In this document: in pieces, positions 11,947 through 24,659 of the stretch
How positions within the stretch are numbered: the stretch's first letter is position 1
Layout: each line of letters opens with the position of its first letter
Assembly (NCBI RefSeq): GCF_006345805.1
Contig: NC_043001.1
Coordinates: 51,832,001 to 51,896,000 of the forward strand
Origin: Octopus sinensis
Taxonomy: Eukaryota
Direction: 5' to 3'
Length of the DNA: 64,000 nt
Notes under the pieces: generated by a model
The model's database searches: none
What the model was told of the DNA's origin: nothing
What the model saw: the letters and a program-made list of their open reading frames with translations, nothing else
Program-made: the position numbers and the translations under genes

Positions 11947-12448
11947 AGGCGTAGGAGTGGCTGTGTGGTAAGTAGCTTGCTTACCAACCACATGGTTTCG
12001 AGTCCAGTCCCACTGCGTGGCACCTTGGGCAAATGTCTTCTACTATAGCCTCGGGCCGACCAAAGCCTTGTGAGTGGATTTGGTAGATGGAAACTGAAAG
12101 AAGCCCGTAGTATATATGTATATATATATAATAAATTAATAAATAAAATATATGCATATATACATACATATATGTACGTACCTACTTCTACATGTATATA
12201 TACATGCATATATGGGTACAGGACACCAAAAAAACGTCGAACACAATGAGAAACAAAAACATAAATACAAAACCAAGGAACTGGACACTTTTCTTAAACA
12301 ACGTGAGTGTATATGTTTCTGTGACTGTGTTTGTAGAATAAGTACTAGGCTTACAGAGAATAAGTCCTGGGGGTCGATTTGCTCGACTAAAGGCGGTGCT
12401 CCAGCTTGGCCACAGTCAAATAACTGAAACAAGTAAAAGAGTAAAAGA
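11947..12448 (+). mobile_element. SINE family A with an inserted foreign fragment
   Basis: Head and tail intact. About 12130-12330 carries the reverse-oriented PLE-type tail (ATATGGGTACAGGAC...). Confidence 0.8.
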
Positions 12449-12469
12449 ACATATATTTATATTTGACAG

Positions 12470-12620
12470 GCCTCTTTTAGTTTCCGCCTACCAAATCCAC
12501 TCATAAGACTTTGGTAGGCCCGGGGCTATAGTAGAACACAACTGAAGGTGCCACGCAGTACGACTTAAATCGTAAGCATGTGGTTGAAAAGGAAACTTCT
12601 TAGCACACAGCCGCGCCTGC
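12470..12620 (-). mobile_element. SINE family A, 5' half
   Basis: Reverse complement of the family A head. Confidence 0.65.
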
Positions 12621-13677
12621 AACTACATGTGTGTTTATATATATTCCAATCATTTAATTTGGATACGTTTCATTCACAATGACAAACATGTTATTTATTG
12701 TTACATATAAGACGCTATCGATTATGTTTGTGCTATATAATATCTTTCTGAACGATGTCGCCACCACGACCAGTTTGTGTTAATTCGCTTATAATATAAC
12801 CGTTTGGGCGAGAGGGGTCTTTAAATCTTTAATCTTTAAAGAAGGCACACCCACCTTAAAATGGCAAATATTTTGGTTTTATTTCTTTCTTTACCTAATG
12901 TGTCGTTCTATTTCTTTCTATTTGACGGCCTCGCTTTGTTCGCGAGGGTGTGTGTGTTTGTGTAGGGGTTGTGTGTGTTTGTGTGCGTGCGCGCGTTCGA
13001 TTTTCTTTAGTTGCACCAAATGACCAGCCAGCTAGCAGGCTGCCAGCCAGTCACGATGCTTTAATGTTAAGCACCCACTTCAGAGGAAATATAACGAAGT
13101 GAATAGAAACATGAAACACACACTCACACACACATATTTATACTGAAGACTCGCACACTTATACAGAACACTCTATACAAACGCAAATGTACGCACTTAC
13201 ATTGAGATGCACATAGGCACTAACGCACAACAATAACAACGACAGCAGAAGCAACACAGGCACTCAAAATATCTATCTATCTATCTATCTATCTATCTGG
13301 GATCTTTTCACTTTCAAGGCCTGATTGTCAGATTTTTCTAGTTAACTAAATAATTTGAAACTTCGTATACTGGTAGAGTGTCTCAAAAGAAAACAATAAT
13401 TTCAACTAGTTTTTTTGACAAAAATGTATTTTATAAGTTTAAACGTAGTTTAAATCTGCGAATTTTAACCAATCGTATTGTCTGTTTTCATTTGAACTCA
13501 GTAACTGCATAATGTTACTGTGACGTAAACAGCTATTTTGTGACGTACTTAATCTGTCCATCCATCCATGTATGTATGTATGTATGTATGTGTATGTATG
13601 TATGTATGTATGTATGTATGTATGTATGTATGTATGTATGTGTGTATGTATGTATGTGTGTGTGTACGTATGTACGT

Positions 13678-14047
13678 TGAGGCGCAATGGCCAGGTTGTT
13701 AGCGCAGCGGACTCGCGGTCGTAGGATCGCGGTTTCGATTTCCAAACCGGATGCTGTGAGTGTTTATGGAGCGAAAACACCTAAAGCTCCACGAGGCTCC
13801 AGCAGGGGGTGGTGGCGAATCCTGCCGTACTCTTTCACCACAGCTTTCTCTCACTCTTTCGTCCTGTTTCTGTTGTACCTGTATTTCAAAGGGCCAGCCT
13901 TGTCACACCTGTATTACGCTGAATCTCCCCGAGAACTACGTTAAGGGTACACGTATCTGTGGAGTTCTCAGCCACTTGCACGGGCAGGCTCTTCTGTTGA
14001 TCGGATCAACTGGAACCCGCGTCGTCGTAACCGGCGGAGTGCCACGA
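13678..14047 (+). mobile_element. tRNA-derived SINE, family C
   Basis: tRNA-like head (TGGCCAGGTTGTTAGCGC...GGTTTCGATTTCC). The 3' body (TGTATTTCAAAGG...GATCGGATCAACTGGAACCC) is shared with 32510-32825. Flanked on both sides by (TATG)n. Confidence 0.75.
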
Positions 14048-14282
14048 CGTATGTATGTATGTATGTATGTATGTATGTATGTATGTATGTATGTATGTAT
14101 GTATGTATGACCGTGAACTTCAACTTGCCCTACTATTACAGTTTGCACCGTTCTACTGTAAAATCAAAATATTTTATAGTGCGCGTTTAATATACGGCAT
14201 AAAGCGACAAAGCAACCCCCAGCTCTTCTCACATTAAGAAGCAAAGAAAACCGCACAGTTGTGCAAAGACTGTAATATATAC

Positions 14283-14665
14283 CTTTTACTAGTTTCTGTC
14301 ATTAGACACTGACCATGCTGGGGCTCCGACTTGAAGAATCTTTAATCGAATGAATCGACCCCCAGTACTTTCTATTTTAAGCATGGTACATATTCCATCG
14401 ATTTCTTTGACGAACCGCTAGCTTACGGGGACATAAACACATCAACACCAGTTGTCAAGCGGTGGTAGGAGACAAACACAGACAGACAGACAGAAACACA
14501 CATACGACGGGCTCTTTTCAGTTTCGTTCTACCAAATCCACTCACAGGGAAGTCTTTGGTCGGCCCGATGCTATAGTAGTAGACACTTCCCGAAGGTGCC
14601 TCAGAGTGGGACTGAACCCTGGAAATATGTGGTTGGGAAGCATGATTCCTACCACACAGTCACAT
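14283..14665 (-). mobile_element. SINE family A (diverged)
   Basis: Homology to family A along its length. Confidence 0.75.
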
Positions 14666-15013
14666 CTTTAAATTTCTTTTATAAAAAACAAATATTAATA
14701 AAAACTAAATATCAATATATAAGAAATTTTATAAAACATCTACAACTGGTTCGTAGGAACTATAGATTCTTTTAATTGACCACTAATTGTGTCTTGAACT
14801 CTACATCACTCCCATTAGACAAAAACGAACAATACTATGACATGCGTACATATTAACGACTACCATTTATTCAACTAAGGCTGTTTTTTTATAACATATA
14901 TACTAGGGACAGAGGCTGTATTAATACTGAAAGCTAGTATTTATTCCCACTTAAACTTGGATTTTCTAATAGAACCAATGAATCATTGTGGCTATCGGCA
15001 CTGTCTAGAATTT

Positions 15014-15174
15014 TGGCTGTGTGGTAAGTAGCATGCTTACCAACCACATGGTTCCGGGTTCATTCCCACAGCATGGCACCTTGGGCAAGTGTCTTCTACT
15101 ATAGCCTCGGGTCGATTAAAGCCTTGTGAGTGGATTTGGTAGATGGAAACTGAAAGAAGCCCATCGTATATTTG

Positions 15175-15207
<33 letters not shown>

Positions 15208-15408
15208 TATAATGGTTGTATACTGTCAATCTAACAAGAACGTGACAGTAGGGGGTACACCACCGTTATATAGCCCTAGGAGGCAAGAACGGTGGTGTAC
15301 CCCCTACTGTCACGTTCTTGTTAGATTGACAGTATACAACCATTATATCGCTCCACCACCGTACACCTCTCTACGAGAGATTTAGAAACTCAATATTTCT
15401 TATATATA

Positions 15409-15456
<48 letters not shown>

Positions 15457-15682
15457 TATATATATATGCATGTGTGTATATGTTTGTGTGTCTGTGTTTG
15501 TCCTCCCACCATTGCTTGACGACCGATCGTGGTGTGTTTACGTCCCCGTAACTTAGCGGTTCAGCAAAAGACACTGATAGAATAAGTACTAGGCTTACAA
15601 AGAATAAGTCCTGGGGTCGATTTGCTCGACTAAAAGGTGGTGCTCCAGCATGGCTACAGTCAAATGACTGAAACAAGTAAAA
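15014..15682 (+). mobile_element. SINE family A carrying a perfect 61-bp inverted repeat insert
   Basis: Family A halves at 15014-15170 and about 15470-15682 flank the insert at about 15207-15400. Confidence 0.8.
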
Positions 15683-15798
15683 AAGTTGTTTTCAAACTTG
15701 GTATATGGATTAAGTTTTGTATACTAATTATGAAAATGAAAATCATTTTTCCTATAAATTCATAATTAGAAAGTTAGCCTTTAAAATTAGCAAAATTT

Positions 15799-16650
15799 GG
15801 GAATTTTAGCCAATCAGAAGCGAGTATTTTACTCATCACCGTGAAGTTCTGTTAGCATAGTAAGCAAAGAAGCACCACCTGTTCCACAGCTGATTACGAA
15901 GAACTCTGTTTCCATAGTAACCAAAGATGCTGCGCATGCACACAGGGAGTGTAAACAAGGACTGCATACGACACTTAGTTCTTCATGGAACCACTATCTC
16001 CAGTGACATGTAGCGAGCTTATAATCATATCCCAGAAATCGTGGGCTATGATTTCAAACATTAAACTGTGAACCATAGCAATGAATTTATAAACTCAAAA
16101 GATGGGATTCACACTCATCAAACTGAGAGTACCAGGGCATCTTTAAAGCAGAGAAACATGCGCCGGTGTGGGACACACCGTTCCATGGTTGACTCTTATC
16201 TTCGTGAATTTATGTGGAGAAGGAGATATGAGAAAAATAATTTATTTTATAAAATCCTAGTGTGTATTGTATTCCTTCTTGAATTGTTTTAGCAAATAAA
16301 TGTCTGTTTTAAGCAATGTTTTGACTTGTATCTCTAGTAACTCCAGTTGGTTTGCTTGTAGTTATTAAATATTTCATTTACTCGCCAATGTTTTAATGTT
16401 TTTCACTGTTTTCACTGTTTACTCTGCTCGTGTATATTTTAATGTTTTGACTGTTATTTCTAGCAACTCCTGTTAGTTTGCTCGTAGCTCCTAAATATTT
16501 AATTTGCTCGCGAATCTTTTGTTTTTCACTGTCTACTGCAGCTAGGTTAATGTTTTGACATGCCGGTGCCCCCCTCCCCGCTTTCTCGCTACTGTGACAG
16601 ATGATGGAAGAGGCAGCGAACGCGCTGTTTTCTGATTGGCTAAAAATTCC
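15799..16650 (+). mobile_element. Merlin (IS1016/IS1595-like) DNA transposon remnant
   Basis: ORF 16068-16292 encodes VNHSNEFINSKDGIHTHQTES...SYLREFMWRRR, the C-terminal IS1595-family DDE signature. Inverted repeat GGAATTTT(T)AGCCAATCAGAA at about 15800-15819 and 16629-16650. An approximately 125-bp subterminal direct repeat lies at 16330-16540. No TSD found. Confidence 0.7.
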
Positions 16651-18246
16651 GAAGATGATCAAACTTTGAGCACTTGTAACATTTTTGCAAAATTTTTCTG
16701 GAATAAATGAATAACAAATTCAGATTTAGCCTAAAAAATTGCATCTATATGATACATTAAAATATTTTTTAAAGATTTTGATATTCAGTGACGATAACCA
16801 AAAAGATCCGAACCAACTATACTGCGGTAGATATGAGAGAAACTTTCATATTGGCTTTTGGTGCAAAATGCATTCTTGCTTATATTACTTGCAGGGAGAT
16901 AAATCCCTGCCACTCCCAGTGGTGAGACCCCCTGATCACGCTATAAAGGAAGGTTGCAATCACCTGATCGATGAGCGTAGACTCGAAACGTCAAAGACTT
17001 TTCCATTTTTCCCAAGCGTCAAGCTAATATACCGACTTGTTGTTCCCTCACTAGTCTCTGTCGTTTTCCGTACATTTAAACCATAATATACGCTCACGGT
17101 GTCACCCCAGTTTCATCCTGCCTGATTGAACCTCCTCCTCTCTTGGACCCTCGTCTCTTCTATCTTCTCAGACCTTTGGCACCTCTCCTTATCCACCTTG
17201 CCATTACTCTACCCAGATTATCATTGGAACTTTGCACTTCTCGGTCTCTACCGTCATAGATCTTACTGCATTCTATTTTTATTAATTACCTCGACGTGGT
17301 GTTTCTTGTGGGTTTTCCTCATTTCTGGTTGAGAACCATTCTTTTTAGGAAAAAGATTTTGTAAATATAATATAATTATCTATCTGTAAGGAAAAGAAAT
17401 ATCAGTAATATAATACATAGTAAATAAATATCAATTTCTGTATTTTGTATCGAAAATTCATTATTTTTCGAACAAGATTCAGTCCGTCATACGTAAGCAT
17501 GTTCCTATAACTAGTTTTTATTACATTTCAGGTGTAATTTATATTTGTCGACTAATGGCTGTTTCTCAAAACAAACAAGAATCTATTACAATATAACAGG
17601 CAGCTGTTTTAGTATAGATGTAAAATTGTTAACACATATACGACAACAGAAAAAAGATAATAGAAAATAAACTTTTGCATGAAATAAAAATCGTTTACAG
17701 CAAGTACCTGCTGTTATAAGATTTCTATTAGTTTGCCACGAGAGACATTTATAGCCATTCTTTTAATATATGTTGAACGTTTTGATTTTACAGTTTTCCT
17801 AACGTAAGTTAAAAGTTTGTGATTATCCATACTACGGTCATAAACTTGAGTAAATATGATCAGTAACCAGAATAATATATAACAGAATGATATAAACACG
17901 AATGACGTGAAATTTCTAAAGAAATAAACAGTAATATTTCAAATATACATATATCATAATGTCCTTGAAGTTTAAATTATATAATCGTATAAAATATAAA
18001 TCTAACAATCATATTATAGATAACGGAATTCTCAGGCAGAATCAGTGTGTTCATTGTAGGGCAAAACCAAATTCTGGATAACCGATACAATCCACGCGAC
18101 GCGTTTTAGTTAACCCAATTTCATTTACAAAGTATAGGTTGATCCGAGGCTATACAAAATGACTTTGACCAAGGCGCTATAACCATTGGGTCATAGCGTG
18201 CCAACAACATATTGTATACTTAAGAAAATAAATAGATAAAATAAAC

Positions 18247-18398
18247 GTGGCTATGTGGTAAGAAGTTTGTTTCCCAACCACATGGTTCCTGGTTCAATCC
18301 CACAGCATTACACCTTGGGAAAGTGTCATATACCATAGCCTCGATCCGACCTTGTGAGTGGATTTGTGAGACGGAAACTGAAAGGAGCCTGTTATATG

Positions 18399-18447
<49 letters not shown>

Positions 18448-18670
18448 GTTTGTGTCTGTGTTTGTCGTCCACCATTGCTTGATAACCGGTGTTGGTGTGT
18501 TTACGTCCTCGTATCTTAGCGGTCCGGTAAAAGAAATCGATAGAATAAATACCAAGCTTAAAAACAAAGTAAAACAAAGTAAATAAATACCGGGATCTAT
18601 TCATTCGACTAAAAATTCAAGGCGGTGCCCCAGCATAGCCGCATTTTAATAACTGAAATAAGTAAAAGAG
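18247..18670 (+). mobile_element. SINE family A
   Basis: Head, central (TG)n and tail all match family A. Confidence 0.8.
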
Positions 18671-21539
18671 ATAAAAAAAAAGGTAAAAGAGAAAAACATT
18701 AATGTTACATATCTGAAGCATTGAAAATGTGGTTTTTAGAAAATTCAATGACTTTCATGATTGTACTGTATTTTGTTATGATTTCTCTCCGTGGTTTCTT
18801 TTGACTAAACAGATGAAATATGAAGGATCGATAAACAGTGGTCTGTTCTTGTTGCTGACCATGAAGCCTGGTGTCTACCTGTCCACTGGACAAAAGTTTC
18901 CTATGAAGACACTTGCAGGACCATCCTTGCAGACAAGAAAAAAAAAAAAAGGTAAACAAGGACTTTTCAACCAATCCTGATCAGCGTTTGCAGCCATGTT
19001 TGTTTCTCCAAAATCGTATTCCCTGGGTACCTGCAAGCCTGCAACAAAACATTTCCTCAAATCTTATGTACAGTCGTCGTCTGAGAGTCCATAAGTAAGA
19101 AAAAAAAAACCCACTCATATATTTGTCAATACAGTGGATGTATTAATATTTATACTATACACAGTATTGTCTATTTCAGCCGATATCGTCAATCGGTTTT
19201 GCACTCGTGTTAAGTAATAACTTAAGTTAGATAGGTGTTGTAGAAGTCTGTTGTAGAATCAGGTTTATTGATAATTCAAATAGCGTTGAGTTATAACATT
19301 TGGATTCAATCCTACGTTTTGCCACGTAGATATCACAATTTGATCAGGTGCGCAAACTCAGTCGTTGTCCAATCAACGACTTTTGTTCACGTGATAGTCT
19401 GGTGGGATGACTAGAACCTTTCGTGAATACAACCTAAAAATACAGTTCAATTTAGTGCCAAAACTTCAGAGTAATTTGGCTTCTTGTGGCGTTTACTCTC
19501 CACACAGATTTTTTTAACAGCTACATATTCAACCTGAAACGTTTGAAGAAGATTCACCACGGCAAGAAGAATAAAAATAGATGTGTAAGAATTAACGCAA
19601 ATATTGAATTTCTAATGAGGACTTTCTGCACTTATCATATACGTTATTTCAACTGAATATTCCTTTTCTTGTATTGCATAAACATCTACTGTATGTATAT
19701 TAACGTAGCAATGAATTATGTTGATAAACATAAAACAAGCCTTCTCTTAACTGTTACAAAGTTGTTGCGCGCGCAGCAGTGTCTAGAGAATGGAGACAGA
19801 ATGTGTGAGTGTGTGTGTGAGTGATCTGAGTTTGAAATTGTCTGTATGTATTGTGGAAGCGTGTAAATGTCATATAATTATCGGTTGGAAAAAGAATGGT
19901 GGAAGAACAAACACTTGAAGTATCCATTCAGGCGACTGCAGGCTCTGGAAATAATGCTCTTCAAAGGTATATAGGAATGAGAGTTTGAGAGTTTCTGTTG
20001 TTTTTTTTTAAGGTGGTATTAAGTATTGTACGTGTGTATGGATAGCAGGGAACGTAAAGAAAGAGAGAAAGAAAAATCCACCAACTTTGCGGGAGATTTT
20101 GTTGCTGAAGACATGTATTTTCCAAAACAAGATTGTGAGCGGTGTGAAAAAGACTGGCTGTGATGAAAGCAATATAAGACAGGAAGGAAATGAAAAATTC
20201 ATTAATGCAGTGAATGATACCCTGTTCACGAATTCGCTTTTATTGTACATCCAAATATCTTTCACAGTTTAGTTTCACTTTTAGCATCCTAATATAAGAT
20301 TTAGTCCGCGCGCGCGCACACACGCACACGCACTCACACACACACATACACACACACACACACGCACAAACATATGTACATATGAAGTTTCACGTTGAGA
20401 AATTAGTCCCACGAGGACTCTATTGATTATATATGTATCAATTTGTTTTCCCAGACACCTAACAATTGATTGTGTTACATTTTTTTGTTATGTTTTCTGT
20501 ATTCATACCAGAGTACCGGGTGTGAAGAGGCGGAATGAGGCCTGCGGGTGTTTGGGGTCAGTTGAAATTTGATATGTTTTCTAAACAAATACAAGCTTTT
20601 GAAATCAACAAAAGATCTCGTATCAGCGTTATCACTACCATCACCAACCTTATCCACAGAGTGGGGCTCTATGTGTCCTGTTGGCCTGGTAGAAATAATA
20701 GTAAAATCTTCCTCAAATCACATCCATCTTCTTAGACAATGACAAATTGGATAATGTGATCTTGTATTCTTTGTAGGTAGGAAAAATATTAGTTAAACGG
20801 ATGGGTACTGCTGGATTGCTTTTGATCATAGATCTTCATTAACTAAATGATATGAGAATAAAAGACAACAAGAACGACAAGAACAGCATCAGCAACGAAA
20901 CAATGAGGGAAACTTTTCGAAATTGTGTACCTGCAAGAAATAGCTACGCTTTTCTTACACGAAACTGTGTCGTCATAAAAGGAGGAGGAAGAGCAAATTT
21001 TGATAATGTACTCTGTAGTAGACTTCATCATAGCAAAAAAGACGAGATGGTTATGGTTGGTATAACTTTAATCCTGGGTTTGCTCAATTTAGGATGACTT
21101 GGACAGGAACAACTGCAACAACTAACAACACAGCCATCAACAAGTCAACGAAAGAGACGTTACACAGTTGCGCAACATACTAGCGATAGCAGTCAAAAAC
21201 CCTTAATTAACAACCGACAGGTTGTGGTGCCAATCCCTAATTCCTCCGCGCAAAACCTAGTAGTTGTCAATTCTTTCAGCCAGGAGTATGGGTAATCAAC
21301 GATACACACTAGAATTGCCATGACAACAAACAGTTTCCACTTCTACTGTGAGGACACGTATCTTTAGAAGCTTTTAACTTCTTTATTATTAATTTTTCGG
21401 AAAAAAGAAAATGAATGCAGATTTTGTCATCAGCAAGTAAAGCTACTTTAAAAATACATTTGAAAATTTTCGGATTAAAATGAGAAAATACCAGTGGTTT
21501 GAAGAAAACAAAAAAGATCCCCAGAAGGACACATTAGGC

Positions 21540-22154
21540 CAGTTGTTCTCGACCATTTATTACCTTAGATTCTAATTTTACTCGGGTGACCTCCAAAGCC
21601 ATTCCATTGTGCAAAAAATCATCCTAGTATCTTTTTATAATCAAATATCAAGAATTTTATCTTTTATCTTTTACAAGTTTCAGTCATTAGATTGCGGCCA
21701 TGTTGGGGCAACGCCTTGAAGGATTTTTAATCGAATGCATCAACTCCAGTACTTATGTTTTAAAAGCCTGGTACTTATTCTATCGGCACTTTTGCCGAAC
21801 TGCTAAGTCACGGGGATGTAAACATACCAACAATATTTGTCAAGCAGCGGTGGAAGGACACAGACAGACAGACAGACACACATATACGACAAGCTTCTTT
21901 TAGTTTCCGTCTACCAAATCCACTCATAAGGGATTGTTCGGTCCGAGGCTACAGCAGAAGACACCCAAGGTGCCACGCAGTGGAACTGAACCCCGAACCA
22001 TGTGGTTGGGAAGCAAGCTTCATACCACAGAGCCACGCCCGCATCTACATTGTATAATTGAAAAAATATTTTGTGCATTGTAGAAATATGACCAATTTAT
22101 TGCATATAAATTTTAACAACAAAATCTTATATGGACCCCAGTTGAAAACCACTG
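21540..22154. mobile_element. hAT-type MITE with exact 8-bp TSD
   Basis: Termini CAGTTGTTCTCGACC...GTTGAAAACCACTG. Identical flanking 8-mer CATTAGGC at 21532-21539 and 22155-22162. An 8-bp TSD with CAG termini is the established hAT signature. Confidence 0.85.
21655..22045 (-). mobile_element. SINE family A nested in the hAT MITE
   Basis: Family A homology lying between the hAT termini. Confidence 0.8.
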
Positions 22155-24659
22155 CATTAGGCAATAACATAGCTGGAATGGGGATGGGGGTGAGGTATGA
22201 TCGGCTTTGGGCGACACTTATGAGGTACGCACTTTCGAGTTTACTGTATAAGCATTTATAGGCTTAGAGGACCGGCAAACCCAAATGCTTCCCCGGGCGG
22301 CACACACTCTTGCTACATCATTAGGCAATGTAGTTCTGGTTGCACAGGAATTTAAATAAAGATGAAAAAAAATGATTAAAAATTAAAATAAGATGGTCAT
22401 AGTTGAAATATCTTGGAAGCAGAACTGTTCAACCAAAGTTGATCTGTGGCTTATCAACTATCAGAATAGTAGCAACAACTACAATGGCAGTAGCAGCAGC
22501 TTCACTGAATCAATGAGAGAGCCTTAACGTAGTCACTCGCTCTCAAAGAAATAGCAACCAAATTTTCCTCAAAACACATCTAACTGTCTTTAAAGTAAGA
22601 ATGTGTCAGTGAATAATTTGATCCCAGACATACCTCCATGTGACTAAATGACGGAATTATCACGGTTGGAATGTCTTTGAACACATGTCTAATTAATGAA
22701 TTAGAATTGATCTTGGGCTAAACAACAATAATAACGTAACCATCCAATATGCTAAAAATTGCAGCCAAATCTTCCTCAGATCATACCGTACCGTCTGCAA
22801 GAGCAAGGAATAACTAAGATACTATAGTCCAAGATCCTTTTATCAAGTCGTGATGGTCACGGCTTTTGATCATAAATCTCTTCGATGCAAGCTGTTCTAA
22901 GATTTAACAAACAACAACAATAACCTAAGCAAGATTCTGCATGGCCACTCGATCTGTTAGAAACAGCAGCCAAATTACTTTCAAATCACTCTCCATCACC
23001 TTAAGGAAATTATTTAATGTGTTCTTGCATAATCGTATAAGGCGAAGTGGTCACATTTGGAACACGTTTCATCATCATCATCATCGTCATCATCATCATC
23101 AGCAGCTGCAGCAGCAGCAGTATGGGCAGCAGTACGGGCAGCAGTGCGGGCAGCTGTTACAGCAAGGGCAACACCAGCTGCTACAGAAGGCCGTGAAATA
23201 TCAGAATGTGTTGGACAAAATATCTTGCGCTATTTTGTTCCGTTTCTCTGAGCTTTGAGTTCAAATTCCTCTGAGGTCCTCTTTGCCTGTCATCCCTTCA
23301 GGGTCGACGAAAATAAAATATGTGTCCACAGCAGTAGAGTGGCAAAGTTTTTAGAGCATTGGATGATAGGTATTTAGAGCATTGGATGCCTTGTAGTAGG
23401 TATTTATTTCAGCTTTTTGCGTTCTGAGTTTTTGAAATGATAAATTTAATCTTTCTCTCTCTAAGATCACCACCTGGTTCTTCGGTGATTTCAGCAGAGT
23501 TCACTCTATTGTATACATTTGGGTCAGGTTTCCGGTTTTAGGGGAACTTATTCCATTCCTACCACTAGACTCCGAGGCTATGAAAAGCAAAGGATCATGG
23601 AAGCTGCCTTTCTCTCCTATATATATATACATTTTCAATCATTCACTTACATCTGTATTTCATATCTTCTCTACAATAATTACTACTTAAACATCTCGCA
23701 CCGCCTCTGAATAAAATACTAATCAAAGGTGTCCATAGGTAAAAAGTTCTTGAAAACCACTGACCTAGGTGGAATTATAAGTATCCCGCATTTAAGTTAG
23801 GGTCTTCTATGGATTTGCTGTTTTCTAACTTATATTACATTAATTAATATGAGCGCGGATGGGAGAGAAAAGGAAAGGTAAGCAGAGAAAAAAATTGAAG
23901 GGGATGAAAAGAGAAAAGAAAATAGTGAGGCAGTGGATGTGAAAATGAGAAAAGGAAGGCTTTATTTGCACCAACAAGTGACTTTCTATTCATGTATCCT
24001 TTCCCCCATATAAGGGTCATTGATTAGAGGCTGCCAAGCAGAACAATTTTTGAACCTACTTTCATGTCTTTTCATAATTCGTAGATAATAAATAATTATT
24101 TGGTGTGATGTCGGAAAAGTGAAATTATTACCTCGTGGTGGCCACAGCCTGCTAAATAGCTATTTTAATATCGAACAATAGCATCTCTTCTGCATGGCCG
24201 GACAAATTTTATTCTCAATTATATTCATATTTTCGCTTCTATATGCTTGTTCACATGTGACAGTTGTATTTTCTGAGAAGTTAGACTGAATCATAACCCA
24301 CATCAATAGGGTATTTTACAGCTTTCCATTATTGCTATTATTTTCATATTTTCTATAAAATCTGCACAGGGATATTTCTATTGAAATGTTATGATTGCTA
24401 CAACTAAAAGCCAAGGGAATATCATTGACAATAGGCTGTTTATAGAAAGAGATTCGTTGTTTAACTCTCACCAGCTATTCTGACCAACGCAGATGCGTTG
24501 TGAAAATATAATTTTCTCCCTTACTTCTCCTCCCTTTTAGATGAAGAACAACGTTTCGAAACGTTAGATTCTTCATTTTTTTACTGCAGTTGACGTTATT
24601 GAACTTTGTAAGCGCACAGTTATGGATTAATTATTATTATTGCTATTGTTATTATTATT

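Noticed and set aside
22941-23258. ORF with poly-His and poly-Gln
   Set aside because: It arises from a (CAT)n(CAG)n microsatellite bracketed by SINE fragments. There is no domain and no splice context.
21492-23761. Larger hAT element bounded by CAGTGGTTT (21492) and AAAACCACTG (23761)
   Set aside because: The flanking 8-mers do not match, so the two ends cannot be paired.
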